Of a stretch of 37,587 nucleotides of DNA, positions 1-9,137 are shown in pieces. The DNA lies in NCBI GenBank assembly GCA_029563245.1, contig JAKQSG010000059.1:1-37587 (forward strand), in the 5' to 3' direction. The stretch comes from Candidatus Omnitrophota bacterium (lineage in GTDB: Bacteria; Omnitrophota; Gorgyraeia; Gygaellales; Profunditerraquicolaceae). How positions within the stretch are numbered: position 1 is the stretch's first letter; each line of letters starts with the position of its first letter. The notes below the pieces were generated by a model. That model ran no database searches and was not told the DNA's origin. It worked only from the letters and a program-made list of their open reading frames with translations. The translations under genes and the position numbers were made by a program.

Positions 1-1
1 G

Positions 2-484
2 ATCAATTCTGCGGATCTGGTTATTGTATTATTTGACGGAAGCAGTAAATTGTCTAAGGAAGATCTGTTTCTCATTAATAAACTAAAGAGTAAAAGGTCG
101 ATCGCCGTAATAAATAAAAGCGATCTTCGGCAGAAAATCGAAAGAGAGAAAATCCTTAAGGCCTTTGAGAATAACGTAGATATCTCGGCTAGGAGGTTGA
201 AAAATATCGATTTGCTTGAAAAAAAGATAACAGGGCTAATATATAAAGGGGCAATCATAAAACCCGAATCTGTTATGGTAAGCAACTTAAGGCATATACA
301 GCTTTTGTTAAAGGTGCAAAAAAGCATTGCGCAAATTCAGAAATCGTTGGATAATAAGTTATCGGTAGAATTTATTGCCCATGATGCTAGGGAGGCGTTG
401 GGTTTCTTGGACGATATCCTGGGTAAAAGATTCTCTGTGGATTTACTTGATAAAATATTTTTGGAATTTTGTATAGGTAAATAG
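2..484 (+). CDS. mnmE: tRNA modification GTPase MnmE, C-terminal part (5' end outside window)
   Basis: The frame is open from nt 2. G-domain-like ADLVIVLFD...VINKSDL is present, and the protein ends in the MnmE-typical C-terminus ...FCIGK. Confidence 0.85.
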   Translation: MNSADLVIVLFDGSSKLSKEDLFLINKLKSKRSIAVINKSDLRQKIEREKILKAFENNVDISARRLKNIDLLEKKITGLIYKGAIIKPESVMVSNLRHIQLLLKVQKSIAQIQKSLDNKLSVEFIAHDAREALGFLDDILGKRFSVDLLDKIFLEFCIGK

Positions 485-493
485 GCGGTAATA

Positions 494-1051
494 TTGAACA
501 GGAAAAAAATTGAAAAGGCAGTACGGGATATTCTGGTTGCTATAGGCGAGAATCCTAAAAGAAAAGACCTCTTGGATACTCCTAAGAGGGTAGCACTTAT
601 GTACGAGGAGATCTTTTCCGGGATAAATGACGATCCTAATGAAGAACTGGAGGTAATATTAGACCAGAAACATCACGAGATAATATTGCTTAAAGGGATA
701 CCTTTATATAGCGTATGTGAACACCACCTCCTCCCTTTTATCGGTCTGGCCAATATAGCATATATACCCAAAAAAGGCAGGGTTACGGGCTTGAGTAAAT
801 TGGCCAGGGTAGTCGATATCCTTTCGCGCAGGCCGCAGGTACAGGAACGCCTGACTACGCAGATCGCAGATATTATAATGTCTAAACTAAGGCCATTAGG
901 GGTTATGGTAGTTATCGAGGCAGAGCATCTTTGCATGTCTATGAGAGGGGTAAGAAAGCCCGGAACTAAGACTGTTACCTCTGCGGTAAGGGGTATCTTT
1001 AAAGAGAATGAGAAAACCCGGTCAGAGACTTTAGCGCTTATTAAGCAGTAG
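494..1051 (+). CDS. folE: GTP cyclohydrolase I
   Basis: 185 aa with the FolE core motifs [10 protein letters not shown] and [12 protein letters not shown] start 10 nt after the mnmE stop. Confidence 0.9.
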   Translation: MNRKKIEKAVRDILVAIGENPKRKDLLDTPKRVALMYEEIFSGINDDPNEELEVILDQKHHEIILLKGIPLYSVCEHHLLPFIGLANIAYIPKKGRVTGLSKLARVVDILSRRPQVQERLTTQIADIIMSKLRPLGVMVVIEAEHLCMSMRGVRKPGTKTVTSAVRGIFKENEKTRSETLALIKQ

Positions 1052-1065
1052 AACAAGGAGGACAT

Positions 1066-1404
1066 ATGGAAAGCAATAATTTAGGCAAGGCATCTATGGG
1101 AATGGAGGCAAATATTGCCGCCCTTTTGAGTTATTTTCTGGGTTTTATAACCGGTATATTGTTTTATGTTCTAGAAAAGGAAAATAAGTTTGTACGTTTT
1201 CATGCTATGCAGTCTATGCTGGTCTTTGGCTCGTTGCTGGTTATATCTTTAGTACTGCAGATTCTGGCCTTCATGCTATGGCCGCTCATTATCCTTTTGA
1301 ATATCGCGGGCATAGTCCTGTGGCTTCTCCTAATGGTGAAGGCATACCAGGGAGAATATTTTAAGCTTCCCATTGTCGGTGATATAGCTGAGAATAACTC
1401 TTAA
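1066..1404 (+). CDS. Small integral membrane protein (DUF4870-like)
   Basis: 112 aa, GGAGG RBS upstream, 3 predicted TM helices, KFVRFHAMQS motif typical of the DUF4870/TMEM-type family. Confidence 0.6.
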   Translation: MESNNLGKASMGMEANIAALLSYFLGFITGILFYVLEKENKFVRFHAMQSMLVFGSLLVISLVLQILAFMLWPLIILLNIAGIVLWLLLMVKAYQGEYFKLPIVGDIAENNS

Positions 1405-1517
1405 ATACCAGCTTTAGATAAAAGAAAACGCTTCCTTCAGAAGGCAAAATAATCTTGATTTCTATCCCGACTGTGTGGCATACTCATAGCAGAGGAAAGG
1501 AATGAGGTAATCTACCT

Positions 1518-1859
1518 ATGCCGAAAGAAGCGTTTGCCGAAAAAAGGAAGTTTGTCCGTTTCTTAATCTCTATTCCATTAAAGTATGCTAAGGTCGGCAT
1601 TAAGCAAATCGCCAGTGTTGTTACCAGGGATATAAGTGCCGAAGGCCTTGGGCTAATTACTGCCGAAGAGGTCCCGGTTAACGCCCCATTAAGCGTATGC
1701 CTTACCATTCCCGATAACGGTGAGGAGATACCATTGGATGCTCAGGTCTGCTGGACGCGCAAAGACGGGCAAGGCCAATACCATTCAGGGCTAAAGTTAA
1801 AACGTTCCCGGATAAAACCTATCCCCTTAGTCCTAAGGACAGTAAGCTCGAGATTATAG
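1518..1859 (+). CDS. PilZ domain protein (putative c-di-GMP receptor)
   Basis: RxxxR-like KRKFVRF followed by DISAEGLGL (D/NxSxxG), the bipartite PilZ signature. Confidence 0.75.
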   Translation: MPKEAFAEKRKFVRFLISIPLKYAKVGIKQIASVVTRDISAEGLGLITAEEVPVNAPLSVCLTIPDNGEEIPLDAQVCWTRKDGQGQYHSGLKLKRSRIKPIPLVLRTVSSRL

Positions 1860-1900
1860 TAAACCAGCCATATTTCATCCAGTTTCAAATAATTTAGAAA

Positions 1901-1929
1901 TTGACATCTTAATCCCTAAGTAGTATTAT
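1901..1929 (+). promoter_or_regulatory. Sigma70-like promoter for the PKD lipoprotein gene
   Basis: TTGACA (1901-1906), 17-nt spacer, TATTAT (1924-1929), about 35 nt upstream of the 1965 start. Confidence 0.45.
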
Positions 1930-1964
1930 GTCAGTAATATTGTTAATACCTAAGGGGGAAAAGT

Positions 1965-2858
1965 TTGAAGAGGTTATATTTAATTCCGTTTATAATTTTA
2001 TTCTTCAGCGGGTGTGCCACTTATAGTATCCAGAAAGAAAAAGACGGTTTTGCTGTGGCCAGGTACAAGAAGGTGCTCCCTGAATATACCCAGGGGGCTG
2101 ATAATTCTTTCCCGGAGAAAGCTCTAGCCCAGGAGCGTTTTAACAGGCGCAGGAAGACGGTAGAGGATTATTATAAGAAAATGGGCTTTATCGAGAACCG
2201 TTTTAAGCAGGTATTTATGAATCCGCCGTTAGTATTCGTGCAATTCATAGCGGGTATTTTTCGTATGCCTTTTATAATGGTATCCGACTACAAGTATAAT
2301 CGTAATCCGCAATATAAAGAGAGAATGGATAAAATAGATGATGAAAAGTATGAGGCTGAGAAAGCACGCATTAAAGGTTTAAAAGATAAGCTGAACCTTT
2401 ATATAAAAGAGGATTTGGCTACGGAGTCTTCGCTTAAAGTTACCCAGAAGATTCAGCCAATATCTGAGGTGAAGCCAGCTGAGCCTCCAGCCGTAGAACC
2501 AAGGCCTCTTCCTAAAGAGACCGTGAAGCCTGCCGCCGCTATTAAGGCTAAGCCGCAAGAGCTCGAACCTGTGGTTAACCTCCAGAATCCGCAGGCCTTT
2601 ATAATAGCCAAGCCGCAAAGCGGGCCTTCTCCGTTAAGGGTTATGTTCTATGGTAATAAATCTAAATCGCCAAACGGCAAAATTGTTTCTTATGAATGGG
2701 ATTTTGGAGACGGGGATAAGTCCAATAAGACCAACCCCTCCAATACATATTGGAGTACTACTTACGGCCCAAGGGAGTTTATTGTTACCCTGACTGTAAC
2801 CGATAGTAAAGGAATGAAATCCCACTCCAACGCCACTATTTCAGTAGTAAATGACTAA
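1965..2858 (+). CDS. Lipoprotein with Pro-rich linker and C-terminal PKD domain
   Basis: Lipobox LFFSGC; Pro/Lys/Glu-rich linker (KPAEPPAVEPRPLPKE...); PKD signature P..V.F......G.IVSYEWDFGDG. Confidence 0.7.
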   Translation: MKRLYLIPFIILFFSGCATYSIQKEKDGFAVARYKKVLPEYTQGADNSFPEKALAQERFNRRRKTVEDYYKKMGFIENRFKQVFMNPPLVFVQFIAGIFRMPFIMVSDYKYNRNPQYKERMDKIDDEKYEAEKARIKGLKDKLNLYIKEDLATESSLKVTQKIQPISEVKPAEPPAVEPRPLPKETVKPAAAIKAKPQELEPVVNLQNPQAFIIAKPQSGPSPLRVMFYGNKSKSPNGKIVSYEWDFGDGDKSNKTNPSNTYWSTTYGPREFIVTLTVTDSKGMKSHSNATISVVND

Positions 2859-2875
2859 AATGAATACTACCGGCC

Positions 2876-4423
2876 TTAGGTAAACCTTCTATCAAGATTT
2901 CTGTATTGAATTGCCTCTGAGATGTGTTGTGGCCGTATATCTTCCATCCCCGCTAAATCCGCGATGGTTCTGGCTACCTTGAGGACCTTATTATATGCCC
3001 TTGCCGACAGCCCTAATTCGCTTAGGGCCAAACGCATTAATTCCTTTGAATCCTTATCTAGGGGGCAGTATTTTCTTATAAGCCTGTTCTCTAGCTGGGT
3101 GTTACAAGAGATTTTCTCTCCTCCGTTCTTAAAGCGTTCCCCTTGAATAAAGCGGGCTTTTTCTACCCTTGATTTTATTATTGAGGAAGGTTCTGCTTCC
3201 TTAATTTCAGCCAGTTCCTTATATTGAACCCGGGGTAACTCGATTTGGATATCAATCCTATCTAATAATGGTCCGGATATTCTTCCCATATAGTTTTCTA
3301 TTTTTGTTGTGTTGCAATGACAGGTTTTCTGGTGGTCTCCGAAATATCCGCACGGACAGGGGTTAAAGGCAACGACAAGAAGGAAGGAAGAAGGGAATGA
3401 ACAGTTTCTTTTAATGCGGTTGACGTTGATTCTTCCTTCTTCAAGTGGTTGACGAAGGGCCTCTAGGCTTGCGCGCTGAAACTCAGGTAATTCATCCAGG
3501 AATAGCACTCCTTGGTGTGCCATGCTTATCTCCCCGGGGCTGGGGATAGATCCTCCTCCAATCAGGGCTATATCTGAAATAGTGTGATGCGGCGAGCGGA
3601 AGGGCCGATTAGTAATCAGCCATTCTCGGCTTTGCAGGCTTGTAGATGCAGAGTATATTTTAGTTATCTCCAGTGCTTCTTTTAGGGTTAGGTCAGGCAT
3701 TATGGTCGGGATTCTTTTGGCGATCATAGTCTTACCGCTTCCCGGAGGCCCAATCATGGCGATGTTATGTCCGCCCGCCACAGCTATTTCAACTGCTCTT
3801 TTTGCCAGATATTGTCCTTTTACCTCTGAGAAGTCGAGATTATAAAGGTTAGCTTTTTTAAAGAGACTATCGATGTCGATCTTTAAGGGTTCTGCTTGGG
3901 GATTATTCAGCAATGCCACTGCTTCCTTTAGATTTTTTACCGGGAAAACATTGATTCCAGAGACTACGGCTGCCTCCGGGGCGTTCTCGAAAGGAGCGAT
4001 AATGTTTATTTTGTGATAGCCGGTTGAAACCATCGACATAGCGATAGGTAATAAGCCTTTTATCGGCCTAATCATACCGTCTAAGGATAGTTCTCCGAGG
4101 ATATAATAGCTATTTAAGTTTAAGGGGCTGATTTGTTCTGTAGAGCATAGAATTCCCAGGGCTATCCCTAAGTCAAAGCAAGCCCCTTCCTTTTTTACCC
4201 CCGAGGGTGCTAGGCTTATGGTTATTTTTTCTGTAGGCCAGTGAAAACCAGAGTTTTTAATCGCAGATTTAACCCTTTCGCGGCTTTCTCTCACAGCCGA
4301 GTCCGGTAACCCCACTATATTTATTGCCGGAAGACCAAAGGATACGAATACCTCTATTTCTACCGGGTATGCTTCAATACCGCGTAGCCCACAGGCTAAA
4401 ACCTTAGATGTCATTTTTACCAC
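2876..4423 (-). CDS. yifB: YifB/ComM family Mg-chelatase-like AAA+ ATPase
   Basis: 515 aa. Lon-protease-like N-domain, Walker A GPPGSGKT, Walker B VLFLDELPEF, Cys cluster CPCGYFGDHQKTCHC, typical YifB C-terminus. Confidence 0.9.
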   Translation of the reverse strand: MVKMTSKVLACGLRGIEAYPVEIEVFVSFGLPAINIVGLPDSAVRESRERVKSAIKNSGFHWPTEKITISLAPSGVKKEGACFDLGIALGILCSTEQISPLNLNSYYILGELSLDGMIRPIKGLLPIAMSMVSTGYHKINIIAPFENAPEAAVVSGINVFPVKNLKEAVALLNNPQAEPLKIDIDSLFKKANLYNLDFSEVKGQYLAKRAVEIAVAGGHNIAMIGPPGSGKTMIAKRIPTIMPDLTLKEALEITKIYSASTSLQSREWLITNRPFRSPHHTISDIALIGGGSIPSPGEISMAHQGVLFLDELPEFQRASLEALRQPLEEGRINVNRIKRNCSFPSSFLLVVAFNPCPCGYFGDHQKTCHCNTTKIENYMGRISGPLLDRIDIQIELPRVQYKELAEIKEAEPSSIIKSRVEKARFIQGERFKNGGEKISCNTQLENRLIRKYCPLDKDSKELMRLALSELGLSARAYNKVLKVARTIADLAGMEDIRPQHISEAIQYRNLDRRFT

Positions 4424-4505
4424 CTCCTATACAATAGACGCGGTGGTCGGTAAAATCTAACGAACAATTTCGTATATTGTGTATATGTGTGATTCAAGAA
4501 AAGGC

Positions 4506-4533
4506 TTGCAATTTGGACCTCGGATTATATAAT
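4506..4533 (+). promoter_or_regulatory. Sigma70-like promoter at the head of the long plus-strand gene array
   Basis: TTGCAA (4506-4511), 16-nt spacer, TATAAT (4528-4533), in the divergent intergenic region between yifB and the DUF212 gene. Confidence 0.4.
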
Positions 4534-4568
4534 ATTACTTCAACCTTAAAATTAAATCTAAAGCCAGG

Positions 4569-5018
4569 ATGATTAAAGAGTTATTTACCCAAATAGCACA
4601 GAATAAGATTTTTATGACCACGATATCGGCGTGGTTAATCGCTCAGGCTATTAAAGTTATTATAGGGGTTATTTCTCAGAAAAAGTTTGATTTTCGCTGG
4701 TTTATCGGTACAGGCGGCATGCCTTCTTCCCATGCAACCGGAGCTTCCTGTCTGGCTGCTGCCATGGGTTTTGAATACGGTTTTAACGGCCCTTATTTTG
4801 CTCTGGCAGCTTCATTTGCTATCGTAGTGATGTTTGATGCCCAGGGTGTACGCAGGGCAACGGGAAAGCAGGCCCGGATCCTAAATAAGATTACGGAAGA
4901 TATATATTGGAAAGGTAAGGTGCCAGAGGGACGTTTGCGCGAATTAATCGGGCATACGCCTGTTGAGGTAATCGGTGGTTTTCTCCTCGGAGTTTTCATA
5001 GCATTCTTAGCCCGGTAA
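4569..5018 (+). CDS. Divergent PAP2 / DUF212 (acid phosphatase/vanadium haloperoxidase-related) membrane protein
   Basis: 149 aa membrane protein with GGMPSSHA and FDAQGVRR motifs typical of the YuiD/DUF212 family. Confidence 0.75.
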   Translation: MIKELFTQIAQNKIFMTTISAWLIAQAIKVIIGVISQKKFDFRWFIGTGGMPSSHATGASCLAAAMGFEYGFNGPYFALAASFAIVVMFDAQGVRRATGKQARILNKITEDIYWKGKVPEGRLRELIGHTPVEVIGGFLLGVFIAFLAR

Positions 5019-5031
5019 GGGAGGTCTGATA

Positions 5032-5853
5032 GTGAACATGAAAAGATTTGTTGTAGCCGCAAGCGCATTAATACTGATTTTTATTGTTATCCTAGTTGTT
5101 TTCTTAAAGAAGAATTCTAAGGTTATTGCTAGGGCGCAGGTTGAGAGTTCTGCCTCTATCACCAAGCTTTTGGGTAAGGCTAAGGAGTTTGAATCAAAAG
5201 GCGATATCTCAGGAGCGAAGGGCGTATATCAGCAGCTTGTCGAGGATTTCCCTAATTCTAGCGAGGTAATGAATTGGCTGAAGAAAATAGAGAGTATCAA
5301 TATTAAATCATTATTTTCCAACGTCCCTGATTCCAGGAGCACGCTTTATGAAATAAAGCCCGGGGATACCTTAAGCAAGATTGCCCGGGAATTCAATACT
5401 ACTACGGATTTGATTAAGAAAAGCAATAATTTAAAAGATGATCGGATAATGCCGGGAAGGAAGATAAAAGTTTGGGTTAAGCCTTTTAGTATACTGGTAT
5501 ATAAATCGCAGAATATCTTGATTCTTAAAAGCGACGGTGAAATCATGAAAACCTACACTGTGTCGACGGGCAAGGATAATTCTACCCCTGTAGGCACCTT
5601 TACGATTACCACTAAGTTGGAGAACCCCACCTGGTTTAGGGATGGTTCAGTTGTCCCCCCTGAGAGCCCGGAAAATATCCTGGGGACCAGATGGATGGGG
5701 ATTAACCTGCCTAGTTATGGCATACATGGTACAACCGAACCGCAAAGCTTAGGGCAGCAGGCTACGCAGGGATGCGTGCGCATGAGCAATGCAGACGTAG
5801 AAGAGCTTTATACTATAATCCCCACGGGTACGGAAGTTGTCATTGTAGACTAA
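5032..5853 (+). CDS. LysM domain-containing L,D-transpeptidase (YkuD family)
   Basis: N-terminal TM anchor; LysM (YEIKPGDTLSKIAREFNTTTDLIKKSNNL); YkuD catalytic motif GIHGT...GCVRM. Confidence 0.85.
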   Translation: MNMKRFVVAASALILIFIVILVVFLKKNSKVIARAQVESSASITKLLGKAKEFESKGDISGAKGVYQQLVEDFPNSSEVMNWLKKIESINIKSLFSNVPDSRSTLYEIKPGDTLSKIAREFNTTTDLIKKSNNLKDDRIMPGRKIKVWVKPFSILVYKSQNILILKSDGEIMKTYTVSTGKDNSTPVGTFTITTKLENPTWFRDGSVVPPESPENILGTRWMGINLPSYGIHGTTEPQSLGQQATQGCVRMSNADVEELYTIIPTGTEVVIVD

Positions 5854-5864
5854 CATAATAAAAT

Positions 5865-6812
5865 ATGGCCGGACTTGATTTCGAAAAGCCCATAGTTGAG
5901 CTTGAGAAGAAGATTCAAGAGCTCAGGCATTTTATAACAGATAAAAAGATCGATCTGTCTTCCGAGGTTAGAAAACTGGAAGATAAGTTAGAGCATCTTA
6001 GGAAAGATACCTATACAAATTTATCCCCTTGGCAAAAAGTCCAGCTTGCCCGTCATCCACAAAGGCCTTATACCTTGGATTATATTAATATTTTAATGAC
6101 TGATTTCCTGGAGGTGCACGGAGACAGGCTTTTTTCCGATGATAAGGCTCTGGTCTCAGGTTTTGCCAGGCTTGATAAACAAAAGGTTATAGTGATAGGC
6201 CATCAGAAGGGCAGAGATACAAAGGAGAACCTTAAGCGTAATTTCGGTTGTGCCCATCCTGAAGGTTACCGTAAGGCAATAAGAATGATGCAGCTAGCCG
6301 AAGAATTCAGTCTTCCGGTTATAATTTTTATTGATACCCCGGGGGCCTATCCCGGTATAGGGGCAGAAGAGAGGGGGCAATCTCAGGCAATTGCCACTAA
6401 TTTAAGGGAGATGTCTACTATTTCTACGCCTATTATTTCTGTGGTTATCGGAGAGGGCGGCTCAGGGGGGGCGCTTGGAGTGGGTGTGGCTGACCGCGTT
6501 TTTGTATTGGAAAATTCGTATTACTCGGTTATATCCCCCGAGGGATGCGCGGCTATATTATGGAAAGATGGTTCAAAGGCTCCGGATGCCGCCGCGGTTT
6601 TAAAGCTTACCGGAGAAGATTTAATTAAGCTTAAAGTTATAGACGGGATTATCCCCGAGCCTTTAGGAGGAGCTCACCGTGATCCCGAGAAGACGGCAGT
6701 CAATATTAAAGAGGTGCTTGTCAGGGAGCTTAAGGATCTGGTGGCCCTTAAGAAAGACGAGCTGGTTAAGCAACGATACAAAAAGTTCCGGAGCATGGGC
6801 GTAGTAGCATGA
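5865..6812 (+). CDS. accA: Acetyl-CoA carboxylase carboxyltransferase alpha subunit
   Basis: 315 aa with [30 protein letters not shown] and GEGGSGGAL, all characteristic of AccA. Confidence 0.95.
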   Translation: MAGLDFEKPIVELEKKIQELRHFITDKKIDLSSEVRKLEDKLEHLRKDTYTNLSPWQKVQLARHPQRPYTLDYINILMTDFLEVHGDRLFSDDKALVSGFARLDKQKVIVIGHQKGRDTKENLKRNFGCAHPEGYRKAIRMMQLAEEFSLPVIIFIDTPGAYPGIGAEERGQSQAIATNLREMSTISTPIISVVIGEGGSGGALGVGVADRVFVLENSYYSVISPEGCAAILWKDGSKAPDAAAVLKLTGEDLIKLKVIDGIIPEPLGGAHRDPEKTAVNIKEVLVRELKDLVALKKDELVKQRYKKFRSMGVVA

Positions 6813-7324
6813 TTGAGCAAGAGCTCTTATTGTTAGGTCTTTTGCGCAAGGGACCAAAACATGGTTATGAGATTAAGATCAGGGTAGGGCAGATACTTTC
6901 CCTCTTTGCCGGGATACAGCTTAAATCCATATATTATCCCTTAAAGATACTGGAACAAAAAGGCTTGATAGACAAGAAGATAGCTAAGGTTGGAAACAGG
7001 CCAAAGAGGATAGTCTATGATTTAACCCCTAAGGGAAGAAGCAGGTTTGAGGAGCTGTTGGGGAAAAGCCTGCTGGAGATTAAGCGTCCGCAATTCAGCC
7101 TAGACCTAAGTTTATATTTCTTGAATTATCTAAAGCCTGTTTCTGCGCGTAATAGGTTGCGCGCTAGATTGCGCATGTTAAAGAAAATATCTTCGGGGAT
7201 GGAGAAGATGTCAAAGGCCAAGAGAAATAAAGGGCACTCTTCCTTATCCCGCATCTTGGAGCATAACGCTTTGATGCTCGAGTCCGAATCCAAGTTTCTC
7301 TCCGCACTCATCAATACCCTCTAA
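6809..7324 (+). CDS. PadR family transcriptional regulator
   Basis: N-terminal winged helix [16 protein letters not shown]...[13 protein letters not shown]. Start overlaps the accA stop by 4 nt (ATGA). Confidence 0.8.
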   Translation: MIEQELLLLGLLRKGPKHGYEIKIRVGQILSLFAGIQLKSIYYPLKILEQKGLIDKKIAKVGNRPKRIVYDLTPKGRSRFEELLGKSLLEIKRPQFSLDLSLYFLNYLKPVSARNRLRARLRMLKKISSGMEKMSKAKRNKGHSSLSRILEHNALMLESESKFLSALINTL

Positions 7325-7350
7325 GCATACTTTTTACTATTCGATTTATC

Positions 7351-7379
7351 TTGACAAAAGATTTTTTGTATGGCATATT
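7351..7379 (+). promoter_or_regulatory. Sigma70-like promoter of the marR-efflux operon
   Basis: TTGACA (7351-7356), 17-nt spacer, CATATT (7374-7379). Confidence 0.45.
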
Positions 7380-7397
7380 ATTAATGGTATTAATAAT
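7377..7397 (+). promoter_or_regulatory. Perfect 9-3-9 inverted repeat, putative MarR operator
   Basis: ATTATTAAT-GGT-ATTAATAAT read directly. It overlaps the -10 element and lies 30 nt upstream of the marR start. Confidence 0.45.
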
Positions 7398-7426
7398 TAA
7401 CATACTTAACAATCAGGAGGACAGCA

Positions 7427-7870
7427 GTGGCTGCTTTATCTTTACCGGATTTTGCGGATAGAATGAATGAGCTTATGCCTGTGTTAATGAAGGAGTTCGC
7501 CCATATGCAGCCTCAGGAGATTTATAAAGGGAAGGTCACCATGCCGCAGGTATTGATTTTGCAGCATTTAAATATAAAGGATTCCGTAAAAATGACGGAT
7601 ATTGCCCGTTTTATGAAGGTAAGTACGGCTGCGGCAACTGGTATTGTAGACAGGTTGGTAAAGTCTGGTTATGTTGACAGGGTTTTTGACCAGAGAGACC
7701 GCCGTATAATTAGGGTGCAGATTACCCCTAAGGGGTTGGCATTAATGAAGAAGGTTTTTTCTGAAAGGCGTAAGATGGTGATTGAGATATTCGGAAGGGT
7801 CTCCCAGAGAGACCGCCAGGATTACCTGCGCGTGCTAATGCGCATAAAAGGAATGTTATCCGGAGGGTAG
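7427..7870 (+). CDS. MarR family transcriptional regulator
   Basis: 147 aa; winged-HTH core (MTDIARFMKVSTAAATGIVDRLVKSGYVDR...DRRIIRVQITPKG). GTG start after a GGAGG RBS. Confidence 0.85.
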   Translation: MAALSLPDFADRMNELMPVLMKEFAHMQPQEIYKGKVTMPQVLILQHLNIKDSVKMTDIARFMKVSTAAATGIVDRLVKSGYVDRVFDQRDRRIIRVQITPKGLALMKKVFSERRKMVIEIFGRVSQRDRQDYLRVLMRIKGMLSGG

Positions 7871-7871
7871 C

Positions 7872-9136
7872 TTGAGGAAGATAATTTTTTTTACGATTCT
7901 TTTCTTCTCTGTAAGCTCTATTCTCATGGCTGAAGAGCTCCCCCTTGCCTTGGAGGATGCGCTTATAATAGCATTGAGGGAAAACCGAACTATATTGATT
8001 GGGCAAGAAGAGATAAATAAGGCGAAGGCTAAAATAGCAGAAAGCCATGCGGATCTTTTCCCTTCGCTCTCTTTCTTGGGCAGTTGGACATATACCAGGG
8101 GTTATTATTCCAAGGACATGAGCCAGACAGGCTCTCAATTGAGCCTGACCCAGCCTATATATACAGGGGGAAAACCTTTAATACTATAAAATACAACGGG
8201 TATATGTTTGAGGTTTCACAGGCTCTTTTGGATAAGCAGATTATTGAGACTGCCTTAAGCGTTAAGAACGGGATGCATACACTCTTACTTGCCCAGGAGT
8301 ATTCTAAATTAAATAAAATATTACTGGATAATGCAAAAGAACACCTTGATTCCATAAAAAGAAAATATGAATCCGGAGAGGCTTCTAAAACAGAACTTTT
8401 GATAGTGGAGGCTTCTTTGAGTAACCTAACGCAAGTTTATGAGTCTTCCTTAAGTCAGGTAAGGCTATCTCAAGAAACCTTGAATAATCTGCTATATCTA
8501 GACAAGGACGTTAAAATAATCGCATTGGGAGAGTTTAACTATGAGGCCAGGGATGTTGCTTTTGATGAGGGTTTATTGAAGGCGCTTGAAAATAGGCCGG
8601 AGATAAAACAATATGCAGCCCAGATTAATGCGGATAAAAGCGCCATAGAAATAGCTAAATCCGCATCCCGGCCGAGTATCTCCGCGGGATGGGATTATTA
8701 TAGCCGTTCTCACGCAGTAACTACTACCGTTAATACTAGGGATTGGCATGATTATAATGTCATAGGGGTTACCTTTTCATGGCCTATTTTTGATGGCTGG
8801 AAGACAAAGGCAAAAGTAGAGCAGGCGGTTGTAGATTTAAGAAAGACCCAGCTTATAAGGGATAGGGTTATAAAGGATATCTCCTTGGAGCTTAAAGATG
8901 CATACCTTAGGTTAAAAGATGCGTTGTATAAAATAAGCTCTTCAGAATCGGATCTGGTAGTTTATAAAGACAATTTGAGGCTTGTTAATGATAAATATGC
9001 AAAAGGCCAGGCGAGCCTGCTTGATAAAAGCGATGCCGGCGTTAAATTCGCCGTGGCAAAGTTTAACCGGGATCAGGCGGCCTATGATTATATTGTATCT
9101 AAGTCAACATTTGATAAAGCAACGGGAGGTTATTAA
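7872..9136 (+). pseudogene. TolC-family outer membrane efflux protein interrupted by a -1 frameshift at a G5 run (authentic pseudogene or homopolymer assembly error)
   Basis: ORF 7872-8189 carries the signal peptide and the TolC N-terminal repeat ending ...LTQPIYTGGK. ORF 8084-9136 continues in another frame as TFNTIKYNG... One extra G in GGGGG (8166-8170) fuses them into a single protein of about 420 aa. Confidence 0.7.
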
Positions 9137-9137
9137 T

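Noticed and set aside
673-1065. 130-aa minus-strand ORF antisense to folE. Many similar 60-130-aa antisense or out-of-frame ORFs occur elsewhere, e.g. 1484-1708, 2379-2825, 10216-13131 inside the RND gene, 17009-19636, 24827-25192 and 31388-31693.
   Set aside because: All lie entirely within strongly supported genes on the other strand or frame. They have low-complexity, Ser/Leu/Arg-rich shadow-ORF compositions with no motifs and no RBS context.
1405-1450. Possible terminator hairpin after the DUF4870 gene (CCTTCAGAAGG).
   Set aside because: The stem is only 4-5 bp with a 1-3 nt loop and no U-tract, so it is too weak to call.
4424-4568. Minus-strand promoter for yifB sharing the palindromic TTGCAA hexamer.
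   Set aside because: Candidate -10 elements at appropriate spacing on the minus strand are poor (ACATAT/TATACG with 15-17 nt spacers), so this is not supportable by eye.
8982-9137. Upstream start (8982) for the membrane fusion protein.
   Set aside because: It would overlap the TolC-family gene by about 155 nt in another frame. ATG 9138 has a GGAGG RBS and begins a lipoprotein signal peptide.
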